Shown in pieces: positions 52,241 through 64,000 of a stretch of DNA of 64,000 bases. The DNA comes from Cetorhinus maximus. Lineage: Eukaryota. A program made the position numbers and the translations under genes. The DNA lies in NCBI RefSeq assembly GCF_964194155.1, contig NC_135890.1, positions 44,640,001-44,704,000 of the forward strand, given 5' to 3'. Positions within the stretch are counted from its first letter, which is position 1; each line of letters begins with the position of its first letter. The notes beneath the pieces were generated by a model. It worked only from the letters and a program-made list of their open reading frames with translations, did not search any database and was not told the DNA's origin.

Positions 52241-52452
52241 TGCCTATATCTTATCAGTCACATTGTTAAGGTTTGTCAATGTCAATTACATTGTTAAGGT
52301 CAAGAGAAACAGGTGATGGGTATTAATTGTCTTTGAGCACATATAAATAGGGGATAGCTGGGACACTGGGTTGTTTGGGAAGAGAACTGTGAGAAAAGAA
52401 AAGCTCTATGTCTTGGTTTCAGCTTCACCCACCAGCTTGAATCCAGTTAACA
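52241..52452 (+). mobile_element. Solo LTR of the GalEa-like Copia family
   Basis: TG...CA termini, near TSD GCAGA/GCAGG, homologous to 45634-45852 and 26054-26413. Confidence 0.8.
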
Positions 52453-52694
52453 GCAGGCACTTGCCCTTGCAGCAGGAGAGAGGAGATGCTGGTCAGAATT
52501 CCTGTATGCCCCAATGGGTTTGCTCCCTGCACAGGTGAAAGGGTTGCTGTTCTCTTTTTGGAGGGTTTCACATGGACAGATCCCTGCATGATGAAGTATC
52601 CTAATTAAGAAATCCACTAATTTAGTGATGATCTAACATATGTTCTTGAGAGGCAGAAAGAGTTTAATCCCCAGCTAAAACAATCACAATTTAA

Positions 52695-52893
52695 GACTGA
52701 AACCTTCAGGCTCCAATAGAAGAAATTTAAAGAAAGAGAGACATTATTAGGCTCTCATGGAAGAAAACCATAAATGAATGTTGCAAGAGCCGCATGGAAG
52801 GAGATGGCATTGGCATTAAGTGCCACTTCCCTCATCCCTAGGACAGCAAACAAGTGCAGGAAGAAGTTCAATGGCCTGTCCAGGACATGCAAG
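52695..52893 (+). pseudogene. Harbinger-type Myb/SANT-like (trihelix) DNA-binding protein remnant
   Basis: ARAAWKEMALALSATSLIPRTANKCRKKFNGL fits the W..(I/M)A......R....C+K+(W/F)..L motif. The upstream helix (NLQAPIEEI*RKRDII) is broken by a stop and frameshift. Confidence 0.65.
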
Positions 52894-54444
52894 TTAAGAG
52901 ATTTGTCACTGTTGCTTTTTTCCCTTGAGCAGTATAAAAATAATTGTACTGATCACCCTCTATCTGTGCTTGGAATACATGGCTTCCTTCGCATAGCAGC
53001 TTGTTTCAAGTGCTCTCTAATTCTTCTAATTGCAGCTGGATTGCCATGTCTTTACTTAAGCCCTATCGGCATTCAGCTTCCTATAATCCCATTCTTTAAT
53101 GTAATAGGGTTTCCACAAGCACATCTGTAACAGCAGCTGTCCAATGCTATTTGGGGGAAATACCTTACTTGCTAGTCTTCACCTAATGCACTCAATCAGT
53201 TTCAGGAAATTAACACACAATCTTGGTTGATGGCCCCAGGAAGCATAGCTGATATAAAAGAGCTAATCTCTGTAAGATTCTGGCCATTAAACCACTGAGC
53301 AGACACTCTGCTTTAGTCATGGGAGATAGCAAGAGGGGATAGCAAGTTGCAGGTTGGTATGTGCCAACCTTTTCAGTCACCAGCTGCAGATCTTGAATAC
53401 ACTAATCTTGCAGAAAATTCCTATTTACTTCCTCCTCATTCTCCATGGGTGCTGCACACCCATTCCTAGCTCTTGTCTTTGTTTCTTATTGATCCATCAC
53501 AGCAACACAGAGCAGAAGAGGATGACCTCATGGGTGGAGAAAAGGAAGGAAAACATTTCTATCTTGTGGATAATGATGATTCAGGCGAAGGTGATGAAGA
53601 CTTTGAAGATGACTAGGAAACCTTACAGTTCCTAGCACCATAACCTGCCCCAGCAATTTCATCTCAAACATCTTACATTTCATTCCCGCATCACTTACCT
53701 TCTCAATAACATTCACCACCTTAGGTACTGTTAACGGTGGGCTTTAGATTCTGTGGTAGGAATTCGCACCAGGCTGACATATTTGATGACACACATCTTA
53801 GTGAATCAAATGATCATTATCCATGAAATTTACCATACTGATTCACTCAATGATAGACAGGTGGCAAAAGTTATCAGGGCCTTGAGTAATGGAGACATTC
53901 AGTTTGTGTTGACATTGTATTTAAAGAGATGCATTATTGAAGATGTAGTATTCATTGTGCTGTTCCAGGACTACGCTAAACTGTGTGCTCTGCGAGCACC
54001 CATGTCAATTGAAAATTCTGAACTGATGGTGAGTGTTTTTTATGTTGCCATGGGAGACTGATTTTTGTGATGAAGCCACAGGGGATGTTTGCAAAGTGCT
54101 TCATTGTTGAGTTGAGACATTCTGGTCAGAGATTCAGCCAAGACTCAAGGTGAACAATTAAATGTTTAAAGTCTTGGTCATTGACAGTGGGCTAGAGTGG
54201 GTCCACCGGTAAAGTCCCACCCAATGAACCACAATTTGCTCTGGCATGGCATCAACCTAATCTGTTGGAATTGCCCGTGATGACATTAGTTGGGGTGACC
54301 ACTGCACAGTACTGTAGAAATGAAGTCCTATCTTCACACTGAGGTTACCCTCCATCATGTTGTGTGGCACTGCTACCATGCAAAACGGAAGAGATTCAGA
54401 ACAATCCTAGCAGCTCAAAATTGACATCCTTGAGGTGTTGTGGC

Positions 54445-55478
54445 AAATGCAACACCCTTGTTCAAGAAATGATGTAACAACATTCCCAGTAACTATAGGT
54501 TGGCCAACTTAACATCAGTGGTGGGTAAGGTTTTTGAAAAACAATAATCGGGGGAAAAAAAATAACAGGCACTTGGAGAGGTTTGAGTTAATTAAGGAGA
54601 GCCAACATGGATTTGTAAAAGGCAGATCTTGTTTGACTAATCTAATTGATTTTATTTTTTGCTGAAGTAACGGAGGAGATTGATGAATGGAATGCAGTGG
54701 ATGTTGTCTAAATGGATTTTAAGAAAATGTCGGATAAGTACCACACAAAAGGCTGGTTAACAAAATTGAGGCTCATGGAAAAGGAGGAACGGTATCAGCT
54801 TGGATGAAAAATTGTCTGAAGGACAGAAAATAGCAAGTCATGGTAAAAGGTTGTTTTTCAAACTGGAATATGATAGAAAACTGTGTTCCCTGAGTACTAG
54901 GACCACTGCTTTGTTTGAGATATATATATTGGATATTGAAATGCAGAATAAAATTTCAAAGTTTGTGATGATACCAGACTTGAGGAGTAGCAAACAGTGA
55001 GGATGATATGAATTGACTACAACAGGTTATAGATAGACTAGCAGAATGGGCAGACGAGTGGCAGATTGAACTTAATGCAGAGGACTGTGAGGTGATGCAT
55101 TTTGGCAGAAGGGATAGGGAGAGGCAATATATGCTTAATGACACAGTTGTAAAAAGTGTATAGGGACAAAGGGACCTGAAGGTTCATGCACATAGATATT
55201 TGAAGGTGGCAGGACTCATTGAGAGAGTAGTCAGCAGAGCATATAGGACCTTGGTCTTCATAAATAGAGGTATTGAATACAAAAGCAGAGGAATTATGCT
55301 GAACCTTTATAAAGCTCTTGTTGGGCCACATCTGGAGAATTGCATCCCGTCCTGGTCACAACACCTTAGGAAGGACGCGAAGGTCCTTCCAGAAGAGATT
55401 TATCAGAATGATTCAAGGGATGAGGGAATTTAGCTACCAGGTTAGGTTGGAGAAGCTGGGGTTGTTCTCCTTGGAGCT
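54445..55478 (+). mobile_element. Decayed CR1 ORF2 fragment
   Basis: Colinear with 59990-61035; RGIEYKSRGIMLNLYKALVGPHLE. Confidence 0.85.
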
Positions 55479-56505
55479 AAAGACGGAGAAGTTTTTGCTT
55501 CATTGCAAGGGTGGCAATATGATAAAGTGTCCCTCCCTCATCTGTTTTAGGCCCACCCTGTTTTCATTTAATCAGAATCCATAGAATAAAAATTCATGGG
55601 TTGCATAACAGATGGATGATCAACTTTGTCAAATTACCACTCATGTGGTGCAGATAAAAAATTACCCCTTAGTCACATGGGCTTCTGCTGTGAAGGGACA
55701 GAAACTTCAAAAAGATTACTGCACCGGAGTGTTTATTCAACATATACCGGAGTAGATTGCCTATCCAGCCAGAAAAACCTCAGTTGTGCTTGCCTCTTTT
55801 TACCTTCTTGAATTATTGTACTCACTGGCAGTCATCTTTAGTTCTTTTACATATTCCATCATGTGAGAAAACCTTTCTGACAAGCATAGCTTTGCAGCTA
55901 CACTCTTGCCACGTCTTAGCTGAGATACTAGAATGTAAATTCTGCCTTACTGGTCACAAATGTCATTTCTTTATTCTTTCATGGGATGTGGGTGTCGCTG
56001 GCTAGGCCAGCATTTTTATTGCCCATCCTTAATTGCCCTTGAGAAGGTGGTAGTGAGCTGCCTTCTTGAACCGCTGCAGTCCATGTGGTGCAGGAACATC
56101 CACGGTGCTGTTAGGGAGGGAGCTCCAGGATTTTTACCCAGCGACAGTGAAGGAACGACAATATATTTCCAAGTCAGGATGATGTGTGGCTTGGAGGGGA
56201 ACTTTCAGGTGGTGGTGTTCCAACACACTTGCTACCCATGCCCTACTAGGTGGTAGAGGTCGCGGGTTTGGAAGGTGCAGTCGAAGTAGCCTTGGTGAGT
56301 TGCTACAATCCATCTTGTAGATGGCACACAATGCTGCCTCTGTGCGTCGATGGTGGAGGGAGTGGATGTTGGAGGTGGTGGACGGGATACCAATCAAGTG
56401 GATTGCTTTATCCTGGATTGTGTCAAGCTTCTTGAATGTTAATGGTGCAGAGTATTCCCTTACACTCCTGGCTTGTGTCTTGTAGATGGTGGACAAGCTT
56501 TGGTG

Positions 56506-56747
56506 AGTGCAAGAGGAGGACTCTGGGACAAGCATTCAGCAGCACCTAGAGAGTGCAAGAGGAGGACCCTGGGACAGGCAGTCAGCAGCACCTAGAGCAG
56601 AGAGCTAGAGGAGGACTCTGGGGCCGGCAGTCAGCAGCACCTAGAGGAGAGAGCTAGAGGAGGACTCTGGGACAGGCAGTCAGCAGCACCTAGAGGAGAG
56701 AGCGAGAGAAGGACTCTGGGGCAGGCAGTCACCAGCACCTAGAGGAG
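56506..56747 (+). repeat. Tandem repeat, five copies of a 45-49 nt unit
   Basis: Unit agaggaggactctgggacaggcagtcagcagcacctagaggagagagct. Confidence 0.9.
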
Positions 56748-56749
56748 TT

Positions 56750-57000
56750 GGGAGTTGAAAAGGAGTGCAAGAGGAGCCAGGAGTTGAAAAGCAGCGCGAG
56801 AGGAGTCAGGAGTTGAAGAGAAGCATGAGAGGAGTCAGGAGTTGAAGAGAAGCATGAGAGGAGTCAGGTGTTGAAGAGGAGCATGAGAGGAGTCGGGAAT
56901 TGAAAAGGAGCGCGAGAGGAGCTGGGAGTTGAAGAGAAGCACGAGAGGAGTCAGGAGTTGAAGAGGAGCATGCGAGGAGTCAGGAGTTGAAGAGAAGCTG
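56750..57000 (+). repeat. Tandem repeat, about nine copies of a 29-nt unit
   Basis: Unit ggagttgaagagaagcatgagaggagtca. Confidence 0.9.
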
Positions 57001-57242
57001 GGAGAGCAGGGGTGACTGAGGGAGTTTGGTGAGGAGGGAACAAGGTGATCCTTTGAGTACCGTGAGTATAGCTGGGTAAGCATTTACTACTTCTATTGCT
57101 TATAGTTTTTAAGGTCTTATTTTGTGGTTCATCGTTTGTTGGGGCTATATTCTGTGACAACGAGGAGCAGGGAAGAAGGGCCTGAGAGTAATTGATATTA
57201 AGTATCTTCCAAAAGGTTTAATTTAATTTAAAATGGTAAGTC

Positions 57243-58181
57243 ATGGCAGGAGAGCTGAAAGCCATGGTGTGCTCCTCCTGCTCTATGTGGGAAGCCGGGC
57301 ACATTTCCAGTGCCCGGGGCCAGCATGTGTGTGGGAAGTGTCCCCAGCTGCAACTCCTGGAAGCCCGGGTTTTGGAACTGGAGCAGCGGCTGAGGGCACT
57401 GTGGAGCATCCGTGAGGCGGAGAGTGTCGTGGATAACACGTATAGAGGTAGTCACATCGCAGGCTAAGAGTCCACAGGCAGGAAGGGAATGGGTGACCAC
57501 CAGGCAAAGCAAGAGGACTAGGCAGGCAGTGCAGGAAACTCCTGTGGCTATTCCCCTGGAAAACAGATATACTGCTTTGGATACTGTTGGGGGGAATGGC
57601 CTCTCAGAAGAAAGCAGCAACAGCCAAATTCGTTGCACCACGGTTGGCTCTGCTGCACAGGGGAGGAGTAAAAGGCGTGGGAATGCAATAGTTATAGGGG
57701 ATTCAATTGTAATGGAAATAGATTGGCACTTCTGTGGCCGTAAACGAGACTCCAGGATGCCTCCCTGGTGCGAGGGTCAAGGATGTCTCAGAGCGGCTAC
57801 AGGACATTCTGAAGGGGGAGGGTTAACAGCCAGTGGTCGTGGGACACATTGGTACAAATGACAGGTAAAAAAAGGGATGAGGTCCTAAAAGCAGAATATA
57901 GGGAGTTCGGAAGTAAGTTGAAAAGTAGGACCCCTATGATAGTTATCTCAGGATTACTACCAGTACCACGTGCCAGTCAGACTAGAAATAGCAGGATATA
58001 TCAGATGAATACGTGGCCGAAGAGATAGTGTGAAGGGGAGGGTTTCAGATTCCTGGGGCATTGGGACCGGTTCTGGGGGAGGTGGGACCAATACAAATGG
58101 GACGAGTTACACCTGGGCAGGACCGGGACTGATGTCCTAGGGGGAATATTTGCAAGAGTGGTTGGGGAGGGTTTAAACTAA
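57243..58181 (+). pseudogene. CR1 ORF1 (zinc-finger/leucine-zipper plus SGNH esterase), frameshifted
   Basis: MAGELKAMVCSSCSMWE...HVCGKC.QLQLLEARVLELEQRL; PLENRYTAL; VIGDSIV. Confidence 0.88.
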
Positions 58182-61100
58182 AATGGCAGGGGGACGGGAA
58201 CCTATGAAAGGAGTCAGGGGAAGGGGAATCAAGGACAAGAACAAAAGACAGAAAGGGGAATAAGAGAAGTGATAGGCAGAGAAATCAAGGGCAGGAATCA
58301 AACAGGGCCTCAGTGAAAAATATTGGGAACAGGACAAGTTAGGTTAAAAAGACAAGCCTTAAGGCATTGTGCCTTAACGCGAGGAGCATTCGCAATAAAG
58401 TGGATGAATTAACCGTGCAAATAGATATAAACAGGTATGATATAGTTGGAATTACGGAGACATGGCTGCAGGGTGACCAGAGATGGGAACTGAACATCCG
58501 GGGGTATTCAGTATTTAGGAAGGACAGACAAAAAGGAAAAGGCGGTGGAGTTGCATTGCTGGTTAAAGAGGAAATTAATAGTGAGGAAAGATATTAGCTC
58601 CGACGATGTGGAATCTGTATGGGTAGAGCTGAGAAACACTAAGGGGCAAAAAACTTTAGTGGGTGTTGTATATAGACCCCCAAAACTGTAGTGGTGATGT
58701 TGGGAATGGCATTAAACAGGAAATTAGAGATGCATGTAATAAAGGATCATCTGTAATTATGGGTGACTTTAATATGCATATAGATTGGGCAAATCAAATT
58801 AGTAACAATACCGTAGAAGAGGAATTCCTGGAGTGTATACGGGATGTTTTTCTGGACCAATACATTGAGGGATCAACGAGAGAACAGGCCATCCTCGACA
58901 GGGTATTGTGTAATGAGAAAGGAATAATTGGCAACCTAGTTATGCGAGGCCCCTTGGGGATGAGCGACCATAATATGATAGAGTTCTTCATCAAGATGGA
59001 GAGTGACATAGTTGATTCTGAGACTAGGGTCCTGAATCTTAATGAAGGAAACTACGATGGTATGAGGTGCGAGTTGGCTATGATGGATTGGGAAACTTTA
59101 CTTAAAAGGATGACGGTGGATAGGCAATGGCAAACATTCAAAGAGCGCATGGGTGAACTGCAACAATTGTTTATTCCTGTCTGGCGCAAAAGTAAAACAG
59201 GAAAGGTGGCCAAACCATGGCTTACAAGGGAAATTAGAGATAGATGCAAGGAAGAGGCATACAAATTGGCCAGAAAAAACAACAGACCTGAGGATAGAAT
59301 TCAGCAAAGGAGGACCAAGGGATTGATTAAGAAAGGGAAAATAGAGTACGAGAGTAAGCTTGCGGGCAACATAAAAACTGACTGTAAAAGTTTGTATAGG
59401 TTTGTGAAGAGCAAAAGATTTGTGAAGGCAAATGTAGGTCCCTTACAGTCAGAAACAGGGGAATTTATAATGACAAGCATGATTTCCCTTTCATAAATCC
59501 ATGCTGACTCTGTCCAATTCTGCCACTGTGTTCCACGTGCTCAGCTATTAAATCTTTTATAATGGACTCTAGAATATTCCCCACTGCCGACATCAGGCTG
59601 ACTGGTCTATAATTCCCTGTTTTCTCTCTGCCTCCCTTTTTAAATAGTGGGGTTACATTAGCTACCCTCCAATCTGTAGGAACTGTTCCAGAGTCTATAG
59701 AATCCATACATACTTTGATTCTGTCTTCACAGAGGAGAACACTAATAACATACCAGAAATGTTGGGGAACACAGCGTTTAGTGAGAAGGAGGAACTGAAA
59801 GAAATTAGTATTAGTAGGGAAATGGTGTTGGGGAAATTGATGGGATTGAAGGCCGATAAATTCCCGGGGCCTGATAATCTACATCCCAGAGTACTTAAGG
59901 AAGTGGCCCTAGAAATAGTGGAAGCATTGGTGGTCACCTTCCGAGATTCTATAGACTCTGGAACAGTTCCTACAGATTGGAGGGTAGCTAATGTAACCCC
60001 ACTATTTAAAAAGGGAGGCAGAGAGAAAACAGGGAATTATAGACCAGTCAGCCTGATGTCGGCAGTGGGGAATATTCTAGAGTCCATTATAAAAGATTTA
60101 ATAGCTGAGCACGTGGAACACAGTGGCAGAATTGGACAGAGTCAGCATGGATTTATGAAAGGGAAATCATGCTTGTCAAATCTACTGGAATTTTTCGAGG
60201 ATGTAACTAATAGAGTTGATGAGGGGGAGCCAGTGGATGTGGTTTATCTGGACTTTCAGAAGGCTTTCAACAAAGTCCCACATAAGAGATTAGCGGGTAA
60301 AATTAAAGCGCATAGGATTGGGGGTAGTGTATTGAGATGGATAAAAAACAGGTTGGCAGACAGGAAACAAAGAGTAGGAATAAATGGGTCTTTTTCTGAA
60401 TGGCAGGCAGTGACTAGTGGGGTACCGCAGGGATCGGTGCTGGGACCCCAGTTATTCACAATATATATAAATGATTTAGATGAGGGAATTAAATGTAATA
60501 TCTCCAAATTTTCAGATGATACAAAGCTGGGTGGGAGGGTGAGCTGTGAGGAGGATGCAGAGATGCTCCAGTGTGATTTGGACAAGCTGAGTGAGTGGGC
60601 AAATGCATGGCAGATGCAGTGTAATGAGGATAAATGTGAGGTTATCCATTTTGGTAGCAAAAACAGGAAGGCAGATTATTATCTGAATGGCTATAAATTG
60701 AGAGAGGGGAATGTGCAACGAGACCTGGGTGTCCTTGTACACCAGTCGCTGAAGGTAAGCATGCAGGTGCAGCAGGCGGTAAAGAAGGCAAATGGTATGT
60801 TGGCCTTTATAGCCTGAGGATTCGAGTACAGGAGCAGGGATGTCTTGCTGCAATTGTACGGGGCCTTGGTGTGACCACACCTGGATTATTGTGTGCAGTT
60901 TTGGTCTCCTTATCTGAGGAAGGATGTACTTGCTATAGAGGGAGTGCAGCGAAGGTTTACCCGACTGATTCCTGGGATAGCGGGACTGACATATGAGGAG
61001 AGATTGAGTTGACTAGAATTATATTCGCTGGAGTTCAGAAGAATGAGGGGGGATCTCATGGAAATCTATAAAATTCTAACAGGACTAGACAGGGTAGATG

Positions 61101-62809
61101 CAGGAAGGATGTTCCCAATGGTGGGGGAGTCCAGAACCAGGTGTCACAGTCTGAGGATATGGGGTAGACCATTTAGGATTGAGATGAGAAATTTCTTCAC
61201 CCAGAGAGTGCTGAGCCTCTGGAATTCGTTACCACAGAAAGTAGCTGAGGCCAAAACATTGTATGCTTTCAAGAAGGAGTTAGATATAGCTCTTGGGGCG
61301 AAAGGGATCAAAGGGTATGGGGAAAAAGTGGGAGCAGGCTATTGAGTTGGATGATCAGCCATGATCATAATGAATGGCGGAGCAGGCTCGAAGGGGCGAA
61401 TGGCCTACTCCTGCTCCTAGGTTCTATGCTTCTATGAGTCAAGAGGTTAGTTACTCGCCATGGAATTCCCAGCCTGTGACCTGCTCTTGTAGGTACAGTA
61501 TTCAAATGGGTGGACCAGTTCAGTTTATGATCGATTGTAAGCTACAGGATATTGTTATCGGGGGATTCAGCAATGGTAATGCCTTTGAATGTCAGGGGCG
61601 ATGGTTAGATTCTATCTTGATGAAGATGGTGATTGCCTGGCACTTTGGTAGTGCAAGTGTTAATTGCCACTTATCAGCCCAAACCTGAATGTTGTCCAGG
61701 TCTTTCTGCATATGGGCAGAGACTGCTTCCATATTTGAGGAATCACAAATGATGTTGAACATTGTGCAATCATCAGTGAACATCCCCAATTCTGACCTTT
61801 TGGTGGAAGGGAGGTTATTAATGAAGCAGCTGAAGATGGTTGGGCCTAAGACACTACCCTGAGGAACTCCTGCAGTGATGTCCTGGAACTGAGATGATTG
61901 ATCGCCAGCAACCACAACCATTTTCCTTTGTGCTAGGTATGACTCCAACCAGCAGAGAATTTCCCCCCGATTCCCATTGACTACAGTTTTGCTAGGGCTC
62001 CTTGGTGCCACATTCGGTGAAATGCAGCCTTGATGTCAAGGGCAGACACTCTCACCACACTCTGGAGTTCAGCTCTTTTGTCCATGTTTGAACTAAGGCT
62101 GTAATGAGATCAGGAGCTGACTAGCCTTGGTGGAACCCAAACTGAACATTGGTGAGAAGGTTGTTTCTGAGTAAGTGCCGCTTGATAGCACTGTCAACGA
62201 ACCCTCCATCACCTTGATAATGATCGAGAGTAGACTGATGGAGCAGTAATTGGCTGGGTTGGGTTTGTCCCGATGTTTGAAGACAGGACTTATCTGGGCA
62301 ATTTTCCATATTGCCGGGTAAATGCCAATGTTGTAGCTGTACTGGAACAGCTCAGCTAAGGTCACAGTTAGTTCTTCAGCACAGGTCTGCAGTACTATTC
62401 CCAGAATATTGTCAGGACCAATAGCTTTTGCAGTGTCCAGTGCCTTTAGCAGTTTCTTGGTATCATGTGGAGTGAATCGAATTGGCTCAAGACTGGCAGC
62501 TGTGATGCTGGGGGCCTCAGGAGGCGGCCAGGTGAAGATGTTTGCATATGCTTCAGCCTTATCTTTTGCACTGATGTGCTGGGCTCTGCCATAATTGAGG
62601 ATTGGGATATTTGTGGAGCTTCCTCCTCCAGTGAGTTGTTTAATTGTCTACCCCCATTCATGACTGGATGTGGCAGGACTGCAGAGCTTAGATCAGATCC
62701 GTTGGTTGTAGGATCGCCTAGCTCTGTCTATCGCATGCTGCTTTCACTGTTTGGCAATGAAATAGTCCTGTGCTATAGCTTCACCAGGTTGACACCTCAT
62801 TTTTAGGTA

Positions 62810-63660
62810 TGCCTGTTGCTGTCTACTTTATCTTCCTTGATCTCCCTTCAACCTTCAGTACCTTTGACCATTCTGTATTATTTTACACTCTCTCCTCTGC
62901 TGTCTATTTCTATGACAGTGCTATGTCCTACTTTAACTTTTACAGAGCAGGCACTATGCCATTTTCAATGGTTTCTGCTCTGCCAGCAGAGTCACCTCCA
63001 GAGTGTACCGGGGCTTAGCCTCTGATTCCCTCCTATGTACACTCTACCTCTTGACAATACCCAGGAGCATACGGTTAGCTGCCGCAGGGAAGATGATAAT
63101 TCCTAGCTCTACCTCTCTGGCTGCTCCATCAATCCAAATGTCCAAATGTTGGCACCAAACTTTCCAACTGACATAAAGATGAGTAAATCTTCCCCCAGTG
63201 GGAAGTTGGGAAATCCTAAACCAAACTTTTGTTTCCATTTGGCCTTGATACCATCAAAGCTCTCCAGCTGTCACATCAGACTAAGTTGGAAGGTGTGTAA
63301 CCCCCAGATATTACTGGATCATTGGGAGAGCTTCTTCCCCAACATCTGTTCACTTCCTAAGACAGCATTCTTTCACTTTTGCACTATTGTCCACTTCTCT
63401 GCCAGCCAAATCATTGTTCATGCTTTTGTCACTGGAAGGATTGCATTCTCTAATGATCTCCTACTTGGCCTTCCTGTCTTAATCCACTGCAATCTTAAAC
63501 CAATCTGAAATATTCACATCTTTTCCTTCAGTAAGCCCACGCTCCCACTGCCTCCAACTCCACAGGCCCGATAGTGTTTACTTCAAAGGCCTCATTTTCC
63601 AATTCCTCCGCAGTCGTGCCCATTCCATCTTTGATGTCCTATCTTATGTTCCCATATGTA
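62810..63660 (+). mobile_element. Decayed L2-type LINE fragment
   Basis: FLDLPSTFSTFDH, KTAFFH, VHAFVTGRIAFSNDLL. Confidence 0.65.
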
Positions 63661-64000
63661 TCTATAAGATACAATTTGAGTTACTGACATTTTGTATTTC
63701 ATGATTTCCTGATTCATGGGAATGATTTTGGCTCAACCTCGTTAAATACAAATTAATGAAGCTTGACTTTTGAATCTCTGAGATTAAACAATGTAAAATG
63801 AAGGCAAAATATTGCTAATTTTAGCTCTGGCATCAGGCAGAGAATTGGTGAGCTTCGGACCATCACATTTGAAACCACTTAGCCAACTGCCGATACCACA
63901 AATTGTACTGACGTTCCAGTAATCGTGGCCCAGAACTTCCATGGTGTGGCAGTCACCATCGGGTTGCCACTCTGCTCCTTTCTACTTGCCCAGGGCAGGA

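Larger units (their letters stand above)
56517..61435 (+). mobile_element. Near full-length CR1 LINE (5' UTR repeats, ORF1, ORF2, 3' tail), inactivated
   Basis: ORF1 57243-58181 (CxxC...CxxC, leucine zipper, esterase VIGDSI). ORF2 ~58184-61345 (CLNARSI, GITETW, GDFN, SDH, YLDFQKAF, FSDDTKL). Flanks tgagtgcaagagg / tgagtcaagagg resemble a TSD. Confidence 0.95.
55970..62810 (-). mobile_element. CR1-group LINE family B, split (55970-56515 and 61436-62810) by the full-length CR1
   Basis: ORF 61592-62011 gives AGVPQGSVLGPTIFSCFIN...FTDDC. The two halves are contiguous when compared with the copy at 31900-32100. Confidence 0.88.

Noticed and set aside
56506-57000. CRISPR-like array
   Set aside because: Units are contiguous with no unique spacers, the context is eukaryotic, and there are no cas genes.

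Overview
Repeat-rich eukaryotic DNA that looks like an elasmobranch (shark) genome, judged from its CR1/HER1-type LINEs, Deu-domain SINEs and Penelope-derived repeats. The only host coding sequence I can support is the first coding exon of a copine gene (CPNE5/8/9 subfamily, closest to CPNE5) at 15694-15770 (+). It lies in a CpG-enriched promoter region. I found no exon 2, so the remaining ~48 kb is probably intron 1. The rest is nested mobile DNA: a near full-length CR1 LINE, many CR1, L2 and RTE fragments, a GalEa-type Copia remnant with three related LTRs, a Penelope GIY-YIG fragment and Harbinger remnants. Two patterns stand out. (1) About 14 short (130-280 nt) Penelope-derived insertions, many carrying a minimal type I hammerhead-ribozyme motif with a compensatory change in stem II, 10-16 bp TSDs (mostly 14) and often long fold-back palindromes. 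(2) Five short inverted copies of neighbouring local DNA (40-234 bp, 0.2-2 kb away), suggesting recurrent templated insertion. All coordinates and identities were read by eye; no searches were run.
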